Part shown: positions 25,065 through 34,821 of the stretch, piece after piece
Layout: each line of letters opens with the position of its first letter
How positions within the stretch are numbered: position 1 is the stretch's first letter
Assembly: GCA_041663285.1 (NCBI GenBank)
Contig: JBAZSP010000002.1
Span: forward strand, 1-59,152
Reading direction: 5' to 3'
Length of the DNA: 59,152 nucleotides
Origin: Candidatus Shapirobacteria bacterium
GTDB lineage: Bacteria > Patescibacteriota > Microgenomatia > UBA12405
Position numbers and translations under genes: made by a program
Notes under the pieces: generated by a model
Database searches by the model: none
What the model was told of the DNA's origin: nothing
The model's input: the letters and a program-made list of their open reading frames with translations, nothing else

Positions 25065-26711
25065 TTTACTTTTTTTCGCCGCGTCCAAAAATCCCATAAA
25101 AATCGGATGCGGACTCAACGGTCGGCTTTTGTATTCCGGGTGGAATTGCACTCCTACAAAAAACGGGTGCTTATCATGTCCCAGCTCCACTGCTTCTACC
25201 AGTTGCCCATCGGGGCTGGTGCCGCTAATAACTAGCCCTGCCTTTTGAAAACCTTCGCGGTAGTCGTTATTAAACTCATACCGGTGCCGGTGCCTCTCAT
25301 TTATTACCCCCGAAATCAATACATTCTCACCACTTCCGTGTTTCAAATAACATTTCTCCAAAATTGTCCCGGTAGTTACTTTACACGGCCAGGCTCCCAG
25401 CCGAATTGTCCCACCGTATTGATGTTCTTCTAGGTATTTCTGCTGATCAGGCATAATATGGATTACCGGATATTTTGTCTTTTGATCCGCCTCCTCTGAA
25501 TTTGCTCCTGCCATTTTACCCACATTCCTGGCAAATTCTATCACTGCCATTTGCATTCCAAAACACAAGCCCAAGTAAGGAATCTTGTGAGTCCGGGCAT
25601 ATTTTATTGCTTCTATCTTTCCCTCTACTCCTCTTGATCCCCATCCCTGGGGCACAATAATCCCATCTGCTCCCTCCAGCACTTTAGCCCCCTCTTGCTC
25701 CAGTTGTTCGCAGCAGATAAACTCCAGTTTGGGCGTAACCCCGACTTTGGCTCCGGCATGTTTGATTGCCTCAATCACGCACAAGTAAGCATCCGACAAA
25801 GTATAATTTCCGGTAGTAAAATACTTACCCACTATCGCGATTTTTACTTCCTTCTTCGGCCTTACTAACCTCGCATAAAATTCTTGCCATTCCTTCATGT
25901 CCTTGCCTCTAGCTTTTAAACCTAATTTTTTCAATACCTTATCGGCGAACTTTTGCTCCTCCAAAATCATCGGCAATTCATAGATTGATTTAACATCCGG
26001 ATTGGCAATAATATCCTCATCGTTCATATTGCAAAAAAGCGCCAGTCTCTCGCGCCTCCTCTGATCTATCAAAATTTCGCTTCTGGCTACCAAAAAATCG
26101 GGCTGAATGCCCATTGAATTCAAAAGCCGAACCGATTGCTGGGCCGGTTTACTTTTTAGTTCTCCGATATTTTTTATCACCGGTAAATAGCTGACATGTA
26201 CCTGAACCACATCTTTCGGCTGCTTAAATTTCAATATTCGACTGGCCTCAAAAAAAAGCGAGTTTTGGTACTCCCCCACTGTCCCCCCCAGTTCCACAAT
26301 CACAATTTCGGCCTTGTTTACCACTCCGGCTCTTTTAATCCGGTCGATAATCTCATCAGTCACATGAGGAATTGCTTCCACATCCTCTCCTTCATAACCA
26401 AAAGCCCTCTCCCGATTTATCACCGCCATATACACCTGCCCGGTGGTCATATAATTTTCCCGTCTTAATGACTTTCCCAAAAATCTTTCGTAATTCCCAA
26501 TGTCCTGATCAGTTTCAATCCCGTCATCAGTTACAAACACTTCACCATGCTCTGCCGGCCGGATCGTCCCGGCATCAACATTCAGATACATATCGATTTT
26601 AACGTTAGTTACCTTAAAACCCTTAGCCTGCAATGTTAATCCCAAAGCCGCGCTGGTCACTCCCTTGCCCAATCCCGACACCACCCCCCCCGACACAAAT
26701 ATAAATTTCAT
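25062..26711 (-). CDS. pyrG: CTP synthase
   Basis: MKFIFVSGGVVSGLGKG start and a GATase domain (LGLCFGMQ, HRHRYE). Confidence 0.95.
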   Translation of the reverse strand: MKFIFVSGGVVSGLGKGVTSAALGLTLQAKGFKVTNVKIDMYLNVDAGTIRPAEHGEVFVTDDGIETDQDIGNYERFLGKSLRRENYMTTGQVYMAVINRERAFGYEGEDVEAIPHVTDEIIDRIKRAGVVNKAEIVIVELGGTVGEYQNSLFFEASRILKFKQPKDVVQVHVSYLPVIKNIGELKSKPAQQSVRLLNSMGIQPDFLVARSEILIDQRRRERLALFCNMNDEDIIANPDVKSIYELPMILEEQKFADKVLKKLGLKARGKDMKEWQEFYARLVRPKKEVKIAIVGKYFTTGNYTLSDAYLCVIEAIKHAGAKVGVTPKLEFICCEQLEQEGAKVLEGADGIIVPQGWGSRGVEGKIEAIKYARTHKIPYLGLCFGMQMAVIEFARNVGKMAGANSEEADQKTKYPVIHIMPDQQKYLEEHQYGGTIRLGAWPCKVTTGTILEKCYLKHGSGENVLISGVINERHRHRYEFNNDYREGFQKAGLVISGTSPDGQLVEAVELGHDKHPFFVGVQFHPEYKSRPLSPHPIFMGFLDAAKKSK

Positions 26712-26757
26712 TCTTCAATTCTACTCCCCGTCCCGATTTCTTCAATTCCTCAGTTTG

Positions 26758-27345
26758 TTATTTCTTGATCCCCCTGGCTCTATCGGATAACATTATCCCT
26801 ATCCCTCTATCCGATCCTTCCTCATCCACACTTACCGCTAAACCAAAACCTGTTTTATCATAAGAAGTTATTACCACACCGCCATGAAGCGGGCTTACAT
26901 TAGGACTATCCAACCTAATTAATGTCATTGCAGCACCCTTTCTGCCAATAGAAAAAGAAAAGGTTTCCCGCAAGAGTGCCCTTGCACCTATCCCCATACA
27001 ACCGTCACCACCATTATTCCTCCAGGCAAACACTACTCCGCTGTCAGTCCACACAGCATCTACCCTCTCTTCAGGGCCATTCCCCCCAACCATTAAATGG
27101 ATAACTTTGTCGGCTCCCACATGAATCACCGCCGTGTCTTTATCTCCCGATTCAGCATGTCCAACTCCTCCGATATTTGTAACAGAACCTTGCTTGGTCC
27201 CCCTAATTCTTTCGGCTCTCCCAACAATATAGTCTTTACTCATCCCCCCATATGCCAAAACATCTGTTACTGTCTCGCCTGGCTTCAATACCTCCCTTGG
27301 TACCAGCACCCCCGATTTCCCTACCTCACGAATATCTAGCACCAT
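26758..27345 (-). CDS. Hypothetical protein (195 aa, Gly/Val/Asp-rich)
   Basis: ORF directly upstream of pyrG (46-nt gap). No family recognised. Confidence 0.55.
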   Translation of the reverse strand: MVLDIREVGKSGVLVPREVLKPGETVTDVLAYGGMSKDYIVGRAERIRGTKQGSVTNIGGVGHAESGDKDTAVIHVGADKVIHLMVGGNGPEERVDAVWTDSGVVFAWRNNGGDGCMGIGARALLRETFSFSIGRKGAAMTLIRLDSPNVSPLHGGVVITSYDKTGFGLAVSVDEEGSDRGIGIMLSDRARGIKK

Positions 27346-27386
27346 AATCTATGGTACCTATGTTTTTTAAAATAATCAAATTAATA

Positions 27387-28439
27387 CTATAGCAACTCCC
27401 CCCTTCCCTCCTCCTTCAATTTATCCACCACCGCTCCCACCTTGCCGCTTTGGGATTTATCGACTATCAACAGCGCATCCCCGGTATCAATCACTACCAG
27501 ATTATTCACCCCGATTAACGCTACATATTTACCTTTTGGCCTGCGTATAAAGTTATCATTCGCTTCTATCTCACTCCTGTCCTCATCTTTGATATTTGAC
27601 CTTTGATCTTTAAGATAATGTGCTACCGATTCCCAAGTTCCAAAATCAATCCACCTAAAAGGCAGCTCAACAACCAAACCCTCAGTAAACATATGTTGTG
27701 TTACATCTTCAATCGGCCCTTTGGGCATCTTGGCATATTCCTTCTTTAATTCAGCTCCGTGAATAAAGTTATCAAGCGGTTCCCACCATTCCATCCTTAG
27801 CCTTTTTACCATCTCCAAAAATAACCTTGGAGTCCAGCCATAATGGTTAGCATGAGTTAGCGCCTGTCCGTCCTTTATCAGCTCTTCCACCGCCTCCTTG
27901 GTGCTCCGCCATAAGAATTTGTCGATCTTAAAAACTCCAATCTCACCTTCATTTCGCACCTTGTCACCCTTAATCAAATAATCAATCCCCATAATTGCAA
28001 ATTCCGGCCGGTTACCCCCGGTTATCATTTTGCCCTCCCGCCGAATCAGTCCGTCGCACACCTCAAGCATTTCCAAGAATTTATCCCCCGGCTCTCTCAA
28101 AACATCAGCCTGTACTAGCATAAATGGCTCATCTTCAAACCCGCGTTTAAATAAACTCGCCGCCGCCAAGCAGGTTGCCGGCCCATGGTTTCTTAATTCT
28201 GGCTCGATAATTATGTTATCGTCAACTACTTCTGGCACCTGTTCCTTGGCAATTTTTGCCTGCACCTCATTTGTTTGTAAAAAAATATCGCTAGGCTGAA
28301 ATTTTTGCCTGAGTAGGTCCCAATTAATTTGAAATAATGATCTCCCATCAAAAAAGGGCAAAAAATGCTTCGGCGATTTTGCCCGGCTCTCCGGCCACAT
28401 CTTTGAACCAATTCCTCCACAAATGATTACTGGTTTCAT
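27387..28439 (-). CDS. Mannose-1-phosphate guanylyltransferase-like nucleotidyltransferase
   Basis: MKPVIICGGIGSKMWPESRAKSPKHFLPF matches the sugar-1-P nucleotidyltransferase N-terminus (GGxGxxxWP.SR...PKxFL). Confidence 0.75.
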   Translation of the reverse strand: MKPVIICGGIGSKMWPESRAKSPKHFLPFFDGRSLFQINWDLLRQKFQPSDIFLQTNEVQAKIAKEQVPEVVDDNIIIEPELRNHGPATCLAAASLFKRGFEDEPFMLVQADVLREPGDKFLEMLEVCDGLIRREGKMITGGNRPEFAIMGIDYLIKGDKVRNEGEIGVFKIDKFLWRSTKEAVEELIKDGQALTHANHYGWTPRLFLEMVKRLRMEWWEPLDNFIHGAELKKEYAKMPKGPIEDVTQHMFTEGLVVELPFRWIDFGTWESVAHYLKDQRSNIKDEDRSEIEANDNFIRRPKGKYVALIGVNNLVVIDTGDALLIVDKSQSGKVGAVVDKLKEEGRGELL

Positions 28440-28494
28440 AAATCCCCCTTGTTAGTATTATTAAAAATTAAAAATTTCGATTTAATCAAATTAT

Positions 28495-29337
28495 TTATCT
28501 CCTTCGCACCACCGCACCAAGAGGTACGGTCACTCCATTGATATTAACCATATCTCCACCTTTTCCATCGTCCCACTTTACCTGCCTTCTGGTATTTTCA
28601 TCCGGTTCTGGCACAACTCCTCTCACAATCTGATCAGTATCAGGCAAAGCTCCTACCAGCCTTGCCTCGAGCGTTCTTATAAATCCCTCTTTTCCCTTAA
28701 ATGCATCCCATTGTAAACTGCAAACTATGCCAAATGAGCCTGCATTTCTTAATATCTCACGTTGCTCCGATACATCCATTGGGCTGCCTCCTTCGTTAGT
28801 AAATAAAGTGTTTACTATCTGACCCCTATCTACTTGCCCCCTTAAATAATCATGCAATCTTGCAACCAAAAGAACGTTTCCATGCACGGTTGTTTCATTT
28901 CCCATCCAAGCCGCAATTCGCGTTATTCCGCTTTGGTTAATTCTGGTTAATACTGCCATTTGCGCATCACCAATTTTTGCTCTCATTTCACGAATCCCCT
29001 CCTCGCCTGTTATCTCACTTGTATTAAGCTGCAACATCAACCGGTCATCACCCTCTCTAGAATCCCACACCAATAGTAACGTTCCGGCTTGCTCACCTTG
29101 ACCCTCATAGACTTGGGCCTCTCCCGTGTCCCTAAACCGTCTGGCTTGTTCCAAAATCGTTAAACCCGGTGTTAATGGCTGTTTTCCAATCTTGGGAATT
29201 AGCCACTCCGCTAATTGTCCAGTGCCTCTATCCATTCCTAATGCATTCTTGCCGGCTAACAAGATATTACTAGCCCTGCTTGGCTCCATTCTTTGCCACT
29301 CACCAGGTGTTAATCGAGCTTCATTTTCAGCAACCAT
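28495..29337 (-). CDS. Hypothetical protein (280 aa)
   Basis: Long ORF with no family recognised. Confidence 0.55.
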   Translation of the reverse strand: MVAENEARLTPGEWQRMEPSRASNILLAGKNALGMDRGTGQLAEWLIPKIGKQPLTPGLTILEQARRFRDTGEAQVYEGQGEQAGTLLLVWDSREGDDRLMLQLNTSEITGEEGIREMRAKIGDAQMAVLTRINQSGITRIAAWMGNETTVHGNVLLVARLHDYLRGQVDRGQIVNTLFTNEGGSPMDVSEQREILRNAGSFGIVCSLQWDAFKGKEGFIRTLEARLVGALPDTDQIVRGVVPEPDENTRRQVKWDDGKGGDMVNINGVTVPLGAVVRRR

Positions 29338-29382
29338 CTTAAACAGTCAACTACTAACTAATAGCATTTTACCTTAATCTTT

Positions 29383-30399
29383 CTACTTATTCATCAGCCC
29401 TTCTTTCATCCACTCTCCAATATTCCCCACCGTTGTTTTTACAATCCTCTCAATCGCCTCTTTGGTGTTAAAGGCATTATGGGGCGTAAAGACTACATCG
29501 TCCCTGTCCCGCAGTAAATGAAAACTCAAAATTTCTTTTAAATTATCCTTGGTCGCCCTGTCTGTCGTCACCGACGAAATATTTTCCACATTCGTCTCCT
29601 CCTCGGTTACATCTAGCCCCGCCCCAGCCAAAATTTTATGATTCAACGCCCACACTATTGCTTCTACTTCCACCACCGGCCCTCGTGAAGTATTTATCAA
29701 AAAACTTCCCGGCTTCATTAACTTAATATTAGTTTTGTTAATCAGGTGAAAAGTCTTCGGTACAAACGGCACATGGATTGTCACTATGTCTGCCGTTTTT
29801 AAGCATTCTTCTAAACTGGCATATTTAAAGCCTAGTCTTTTTGCCAATTTAGGATCCTGCACCCGCTCCACCCCCACTACCTTCATCCCAAAGCCCCTGG
29901 CGATGCGTACCACGTTTTGGCCTATCTTTCCAACTCCTATTACCCCCAAAGTTTTTCCCTTTAAATCCACTCCCGTTAATCCCTCCGGGCTAAACTCCCC
30001 CTCTTCTACGCTCTGATGGGCCACTACCACTTTCTTGGCTACTGCCAGCACCAAAGCAAAAGCATATTCCGCCACCGTCGACGATCCGTACTCCGGCACA
30101 TTAACTACTGTGATCTTTCTTTTTTTACACTCTTCACAATCCACATGGTCAATCCCCGTCGACCGGCAGGCAATCATTTTCAAATCCGGTAGCTTATCCA
30201 AAACTTTTTTATCAAGCCGTGAATAAACAAACGGGGAAATAATTTCATATTTTGCCGCAAGATCAATATTATCCTGAACCTCTCCCTCAAAAATCCCTAC
30301 CCCAAAACATGGCAATTTTACTATCTCCTTTTCAATAATTTCCTTTTGCCAAGACTTAACCCCAAAAAATGCCACCTTATATTGGCTGTTTTGATTCAT
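29383..30399 (-). CDS. D-isomer-specific 2-hydroxyacid dehydrogenase (NAD-binding)
   Basis: GVIGVGKIGQNVVRIARGFGMKV Rossmann motif. The catalytic-region pattern also fits (RGPVVE, TPHNAF). Confidence 0.8.
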   Translation of the reverse strand: MNQNSQYKVAFFGVKSWQKEIIEKEIVKLPCFGVGIFEGEVQDNIDLAAKYEIISPFVYSRLDKKVLDKLPDLKMIACRSTGIDHVDCEECKKRKITVVNVPEYGSSTVAEYAFALVLAVAKKVVVAHQSVEEGEFSPEGLTGVDLKGKTLGVIGVGKIGQNVVRIARGFGMKVVGVERVQDPKLAKRLGFKYASLEECLKTADIVTIHVPFVPKTFHLINKTNIKLMKPGSFLINTSRGPVVEVEAIVWALNHKILAGAGLDVTEEETNVENISSVTTDRATKDNLKEILSFHLLRDRDDVVFTPHNAFNTKEAIERIVKTTVGNIGEWMKEGLMNK

Positions 30400-30529
30400 A
30401 ACTTATTCTATACTTTCTCTTCTCTGATTTCGACACCCCTAACTTGTTCCAATTTCCTTTTGCCCTATTTTTTCCTCTAACCATTTGATATCGATTTTTG
30501 ACACATTGACATACAAATAGTCTATATGA

Positions 30530-30547
30530 TTAACTGCTAACAGTTAA
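30530..30547. promoter_or_regulatory. Perfect 7-bp-arm palindrome TTAACTG-CTAA-CAGTTAA, a candidate operator upstream of the HTH gene
   Basis: Read directly. It lies between tandem TTGACA hexamers (30498-30503, 30506-30511) and the ATG at 30566. Confidence 0.45.
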
Positions 30548-30565
30548 ACATTACTTTGATATTAG

Positions 30566-30838
30566 ATGGATGACTCAACCAATGATCAATCTGTGCCACA
30601 AGATAAACTTGTGAAACAAAAAACCGACACTCCCAAAAAGGTAAACGGTGTTTCAATTGACAACCTTCCCGATCTTTTAACCGTCGGCGAAGTTGCTGAT
30701 CTTCTCCGGGTGTCCAAACTTACCATCAAGCGCTGGGGTAAACGGGGCAAACTCCCGGCTATCCGTATCAATGCCCGCGGCGACCGTCGTTACCGCAAAG
30801 AAGCTGTTTTGTGGGTTCTCGGTATTCAATCAGATTAA
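30566..30838 (+). CDS. Excisionase/MerR-family helix-turn-helix DNA-binding protein
   Basis: LLTVGEVADLLRVSKLTIKRWGKRGKLPAIRINARGDRRYRKEAV matches the excisionase-family HTH pattern. Confidence 0.7.
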   Translation: MDDSTNDQSVPQDKLVKQKTDTPKKVNGVSIDNLPDLLTVGEVADLLRVSKLTIKRWGKRGKLPAIRINARGDRRYRKEAVLWVLGIQSD

Positions 30839-30846
30839 CCAGCATC

Positions 30847-30887
30847 CGTCATTGCGATCCCGACTCTACGTCGGGAGAAGCAATCTC
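30847..30887 (+). repeat. REP-like hairpin with CGTCATTGCGA...GAAGCAATCT termini
   Basis: Nested stems ATTGC/GCAAT and TCCCGAC/GTCGGGA. The same 11-nt and 10-nt termini recur in reverse orientation inside leuS (48965-48998). Confidence 0.7.
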
Positions 30888-31029
30888 AAACTTTGCCATC
30901 AAGCTGTTAACTTCACAGTTGACAGCTTTTTTGGTTTTACCATTCCTCACTCAATCAAATAAAGCACCACTCAAACCCCAACAATATAGAAGCAACATTC
31001 ACAAATTATCTTGGCATCTTTGTTCACGG

Positions 31030-31245
31030 CTACCTTTTAGCTTCGCACTCCACCGCAATCCAAGTTTTTCCATCACCACCTCTCGCCAATACCACCGGAT
31101 AATATTCCCCCTTCCTTCCACAAGGGCGTCTTTTACCTACACACCGCCATTTTTCACCCTCACCCTCCACATCAACATAACTTGCAGAACCGCACCTCTG
31201 ACACACCGCCCTCAATTTTTCTTGTCCTCCACCCATTAATCCCAA
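31030..31245 (-). CDS. Hypothetical 71-aa CxxC...CxxxxxxC protein
   Basis: Abuts the ruvB stop. CQRCG and C..KRRPCG suggest a zinc ribbon. Confidence 0.45.
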   Translation of the reverse strand: MGLMGGGQEKLRAVCQRCGSASYVDVEGEGEKWRCVGKRRPCGRKGEYYPVVLARGGDGKTWIAVECEAKR

Positions 31246-32217
31246 TTATACCAGATCATTTTCCACCACCCTCCCCTTTGGTGTTCTCTTTACTAGTCCC
31301 CTTTTCATCAAATACGGTTCATAAACTTCGGTAATCGTCCCTACGTCTTCAGTCAAGGCCGCAGCAATATTTTCCACTCCCACCGGCCCACCGCCATATT
31401 GTTTTTTGACTACCTCCAAATACTTCCTATCAGCATCAGATAATCCCATTTCATCTACTCCCAGCATCGTCAAAGCATCTTTGGCTTCCTTCAGATTGAT
31501 CAGTCCATCGTTTTTTACCTGCGCCCAATCCCGGACTCGCCGTAACAATCTATTGGCTATTCTTGGTGTTCCCCGTGACCTTTTAGCAATCTCTACCGCA
31601 GCTTCAGACTCAATTTTTACTTTCAATACTTCTGCCGTTCTTTCTACAATTTCTTTCAGGCTATCTTCTTCATAAAAATCAATTTGCTGGACATAGCCAA
31701 ACCTATCCCTCATTGGTGCCGACAACAAACCAATTCTGGTTGTCGCCCCTACTAAAGTAAACTTTTGCAAATTCAGCCTTACCGTTTTGGCCGATGGCCC
31801 CTTCCCAAGTACTATATCCAGAGCAAAATCCTCCATTGCCCCATAAAGAGTTTCTTCTACCGGTTTCGCCAACCGGTGGATCTCATCAATAAACAGCAAA
31901 TCGCCTTTTTTAAGGCCGGTCAGTATGGCCGCCAAATCCCCTGCCCGAGTCATTGCCGGCCCGGAAGTGATTCGGATATTCGCTCCCATCTCTTTGGCCA
32001 GTAAATTAGCCAAAGTCGTCTTGCCCAGTCCCGGCGGGCCATAAAACAAAATATGATCCAATGCCTCCCCCCTGGCCTTCGCCGCCGACAAAAAAATATC
32101 CAGCTGCTCTTTAATTTTGGACTGCCCAATAAATTCGGCAAGTTTTTGTGGCCGTAGACTTTTTTCGACTATTTTTTCGTCTTTCTTCGGCTTCGGATCC
32201 AGACTCACAGAACTCAT
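31246..32217 (-). CDS. ruvB: Holliday junction helicase RuvB
   Basis: [12 protein letters not shown], Walker [27 protein letters not shown] (32229-32224) ends 6 nt before the ATG. Confidence 0.95.
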   Translation of the reverse strand: MSSVSLDPKPKKDEKIVEKSLRPQKLAEFIGQSKIKEQLDIFLSAAKARGEALDHILFYGPPGLGKTTLANLLAKEMGANIRITSGPAMTRAGDLAAILTGLKKGDLLFIDEIHRLAKPVEETLYGAMEDFALDIVLGKGPSAKTVRLNLQKFTLVGATTRIGLLSAPMRDRFGYVQQIDFYEEDSLKEIVERTAEVLKVKIESEAAVEIAKRSRGTPRIANRLLRRVRDWAQVKNDGLINLKEAKDALTMLGVDEMGLSDADRKYLEVVKKQYGGGPVGVENIAAALTEDVGTITEVYEPYLMKRGLVKRTPKGRVVENDLV

Positions 32218-32326
32218 ATTCCTATTCTACACTACCGGGATCTCGGCACTACCCGTGCTCTGGTTAACCCTTTTGTTTGCGAATCTTCTGCAGGATCAAA
32301 AATAGTCACCGAATGAGCTATAATTC

Positions 32327-32749
32327 CTAATCTCCTCTTCCTCCATGTATTCCGCCTTTTTCAACCGGGCTCTCTCCTAACGGCCAGGTAGCTCTACAGA
32401 CCAGTTCACAAGGGCTTTTAAAATTCGGATGACACTCAACCGCTACTCGCCTATCTTGCCCCTCTCCAACAAGATTTATCACCTTTAAGTCATCTCTTCT
32501 AGATCGACAACCAGCGCAACAATTCTTTTTAAGTTCCTCGACTACCATCGCCGGTGATTTTGGGTATCTGCCACTTCCATAATGTACTAGTACATTTACT
32601 ACTGTTGTTCCATCGACCTTAACAAGCATGCTCCCCCCCAAAGCGAACTCCCTTTTTGCCATAAACCTATAATAACATATCAAAATTGGATAATCACCAA
32701 AATTTGCGCTTCCCTGTTTTTGCCAGCATACCACTCGATATCTTCTCAC
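32327..32749 (-). CDS. Hypothetical Cys-rich protein (140 aa from GTG 32749, or 111 aa from ATG 32662)
   Basis: The GTG start overlaps the upstream stop (GTGA). The internal ATG 32662 (MAKREF...) has TATTAT 6 nt upstream, and its 5' region is duplicated at 33189-33215. Confidence 0.5.
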   Translation of the reverse strand: MRRYRVVCWQKQGSANFGDYPILICYYRFMAKREFALGGSMLVKVDGTTVVNVLVHYGSGRYPKSPAMVVEELKKNCCAGCRSRRDDLKVINLVGEGQDRRVAVECHPNFKSPCELVCRATWPLGESPVEKGGIHGGRGD

Positions 32750-33105
32750 CTCAGTCTAAAAAGTTTCCCATCTATTTGTCCATCTCGTCTTGCAAAAACT
32801 ATATCACCATCCCGTAGATCCGCCCTACTGTCTGTTTTCAAGTATATTAATACCCCCGAAGCACCAGGCCTACTTCCACCTTCTTCCATTACTCCAAAAG
32901 TATCTTCAACTTGCCAATTCCCTGCACCTGGGTTTTTAGACTGTCTTATCACAAAAGGGCGCCTCCCCTCCGCTAAATTATCTTCCGTCATTTTTCTTAC
33001 TCTTGCTGCGATATCAAGATCTATCCCCTTACTGTCACTTTCTCTAACCCTTGAATCAACAAATTCGACTACCGCGGCTACAATCTCACCTCTTTCCTTC
33101 CCCAT
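32746..33105 (-). CDS. Hypothetical protein (119 aa)
   Basis: ORF with no family recognised. Confidence 0.5.
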   Translation of the reverse strand: MGKERGEIVAAVVEFVDSRVRESDSKGIDLDIAARVRKMTEDNLAEGRRPFVIRQSKNPGAGNWQVEDTFGVMEEGGSRPGASGVLIYLKTDSRADLRDGDIVFARRDGQIDGKLFRLR

Positions 33106-33127
33106 ATTATTTTGATTATATCGCTAA

Positions 33128-33199
33128 TTAGCCCACCCTCTCCAGCCTTAAATACCTTTCATTAGCCAATCCGGTCACCTTAAAAACACTTTTTGCCAT
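33128..33199 (-). CDS. Candidate 23-codon ORF MAKSVFKVTGLANERYLRLERVG
   Basis: Below the track threshold, translated by hand. Its start region is 24/27 identical to the start region at 32652-32678. Confidence 0.25.
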   Translation of the reverse strand: MAKSVFKVTGLANERYLRLERVG

Positions 33200-33235
33200 A
33201 ACCATATAACAACATGCTTGGCGATAACTTTATTA

Positions 33236-33643
33236 TCACTTACCTGCCCTTCTTCCTCGCTCAAATGGTCTAACCATTGGTACCCAGCCTAAAAAATCTG
33301 CCCTTAAAAAACCAAACCTTCTAACAATATCCCAGCCCCCACAAACCGCCTCGGACAAATCTCTAACTGGTGGTCTAGAGGATTCTTTCCCGCTCTTTAG
33401 AGTTGAACTATCTACCACCATCCCAATAAAACGTTCTTCAGTAAAACAACCTTGAACATTCCCTCTCTTCAAAGCCCCACACCCTGGTCTTGTACATAAA
33501 ACAACATCCTCTGAAGCTAGCCCACCTCCACCCTGTTTTATCTCTCTATCATGCAAAACCCTAAGTTGAACCAATCTCGCAGCCCTTTTACAATACCCTG
33601 TTTGCAGTTCTCCCCCTTTTAAATCTGTATATCTTTCACTCAT
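33236..33643 (-). CDS. Hypothetical Cys/Gly/Arg-rich protein (135 aa)
   Basis: ORF with TACAAT (33656-33651) ending 7 nt before the ATG. Confidence 0.5.
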   Translation of the reverse strand: MSERYTDLKGGELQTGYCKRAARLVQLRVLHDREIKQGGGGLASEDVVLCTRPGCGALKRGNVQGCFTEERFIGMVVDSSTLKSGKESSRPPVRDLSEAVCGGWDIVRRFGFLRADFLGWVPMVRPFERGRRAGK

Positions 33644-33713
33644 GTCCTATATTGTAAATCAACCTTATCAAACCATCAACAATCTGTTCAAAAAAAATTA
33701 CCCCTTTCGCCAC

Positions 33714-34295
33714 TTACCCCATCTCCCTCAAACACCAGCTAATCTTCTCCTCCAACGTCGTCATTTCTTTCGGTAATTTTTGCATCATTTTTTCAATTTC
33801 CCTCCTGTCAAATCCTAATTGCTTTAAACTCAAATATAATTCGTCCTCAATTAAAGGTAATTTATCCCCCAAATCAATCTCCCCCAGTCCGCCGATTTTC
33901 GATTTTAAATCCACAATAATTCTTTGGGCAGTTTTTTTGCCCACTCCTTTTATCTTTTGAAAAAATCCTACATCGGCATCCCCTATTGCTTTCATTATTG
34001 CCAGCGCCTCACCACTACCCATCACCTGGATTCCGGTTTTCGGCCCCACCCCCGATACTGTTATCAGTATCTTAAACAGTTCAAGTTCATCTCGGGTTTC
34101 AAATCCAAATAAACTCACCGCGTTCTCGCTTACCGCCATATAAATATGCAATTTAACTTCATCTCCTATTTTGATCTTTATCCGCCCGCTGGCGGATTGA
34201 TCCTTGACCTTGACCTCATACCCCACTCCCCCCACTTCTATTTCAATACTATTCCCCCACATCCCTTCTACTCTTCCTTTCAAGCTTGAAATCAT
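33714..34295 (-). CDS. ruvA: Holliday junction DNA helicase RuvA
   Basis: MISSLKGRVE...VGGVGYEV, plus the HhH motifs LITVSGVGPKTG and IKGVGKKTAQRI. Confidence 0.9.
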   Translation of the reverse strand: MISSLKGRVEGMWGNSIEIEVGGVGYEVKVKDQSASGRIKIKIGDEVKLHIYMAVSENAVSLFGFETRDELELFKILITVSGVGPKTGIQVMGSGEALAIMKAIGDADVGFFQKIKGVGKKTAQRIIVDLKSKIGGLGEIDLGDKLPLIEDELYLSLKQLGFDRREIEKMMQKLPKEMTTLEEKISWCLREMG

Positions 34296-34308
34296 TACTT
34301 ATTCTACC

Positions 34309-34821
34309 CTAAAAATCTTTCAAGAACCCCACTGTCAGCGCCACCGCTGCCGCGTCAGCCGCATGCGACGGCCTAATAATTTCCTCAAGACCCAAGAAGT
34401 TCCTCACCATTATTTCCACCTGTTCCTTTTCTGCCCGCCCATAACCGACCAATGCCATCTTAACCTGAAGCGGAGTTACTTCCTTAATTTCCACTCCCAT
34501 CTCGTAGCTGGCTACTTTAATTGCCCCAATGACTTCGGCTACTTTTATGGCTGATTTCGCATTTTTGGCAAAATAAATCCCCTCAATCCCCACTTTCTTG
34601 ATCTCAAACTTCCGGATTATATTTCTAATCTCCCTAATAATCTTTCCTATCCTCTCTGCCCCTTCGTCCCCCACTTTCGTCTTTATCGTTCCATAAGCTA
34701 CCAAATAAAATTGCTGTTCTCCCGCCACTGAATTAGTTTTTGATATTTTAGTTTTGATCTTTGAATTTGATAAAACTGCCCATCCCGTGTTGGCCAATCC
34801 CGGATCAATTCCCAAAATCAT
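34309..34821 (-). CDS. ruvC: Crossover junction endodeoxyribonuclease RuvC
   Basis: MILGIDPGLANTGWAVL start and SHAADAAAVAL near the C-terminus. Confidence 0.9.
   Translation of the reverse strand: MILGIDPGLANTGWAVLSNSKIKTKISKTNSVAGEQQFYLVAYGTIKTKVGDEGAERIGKIIREIRNIIRKFEIKKVGIEGIYFAKNAKSAIKVAEVIGAIKVASYEMGVEIKEVTPLQVKMALVGYGRAEKEQVEIMVRNFLGLEEIIRPSHAADAAAVALTVGFLKDF

Noticed and set aside
32218-32326. The ruvB upstream spacer and other short spacers as possible small RNA genes.
   Set aside because: They show only a -10-like box and no convincing stems or conserved motifs, so ordinary promoter regions are sufficient to explain them.
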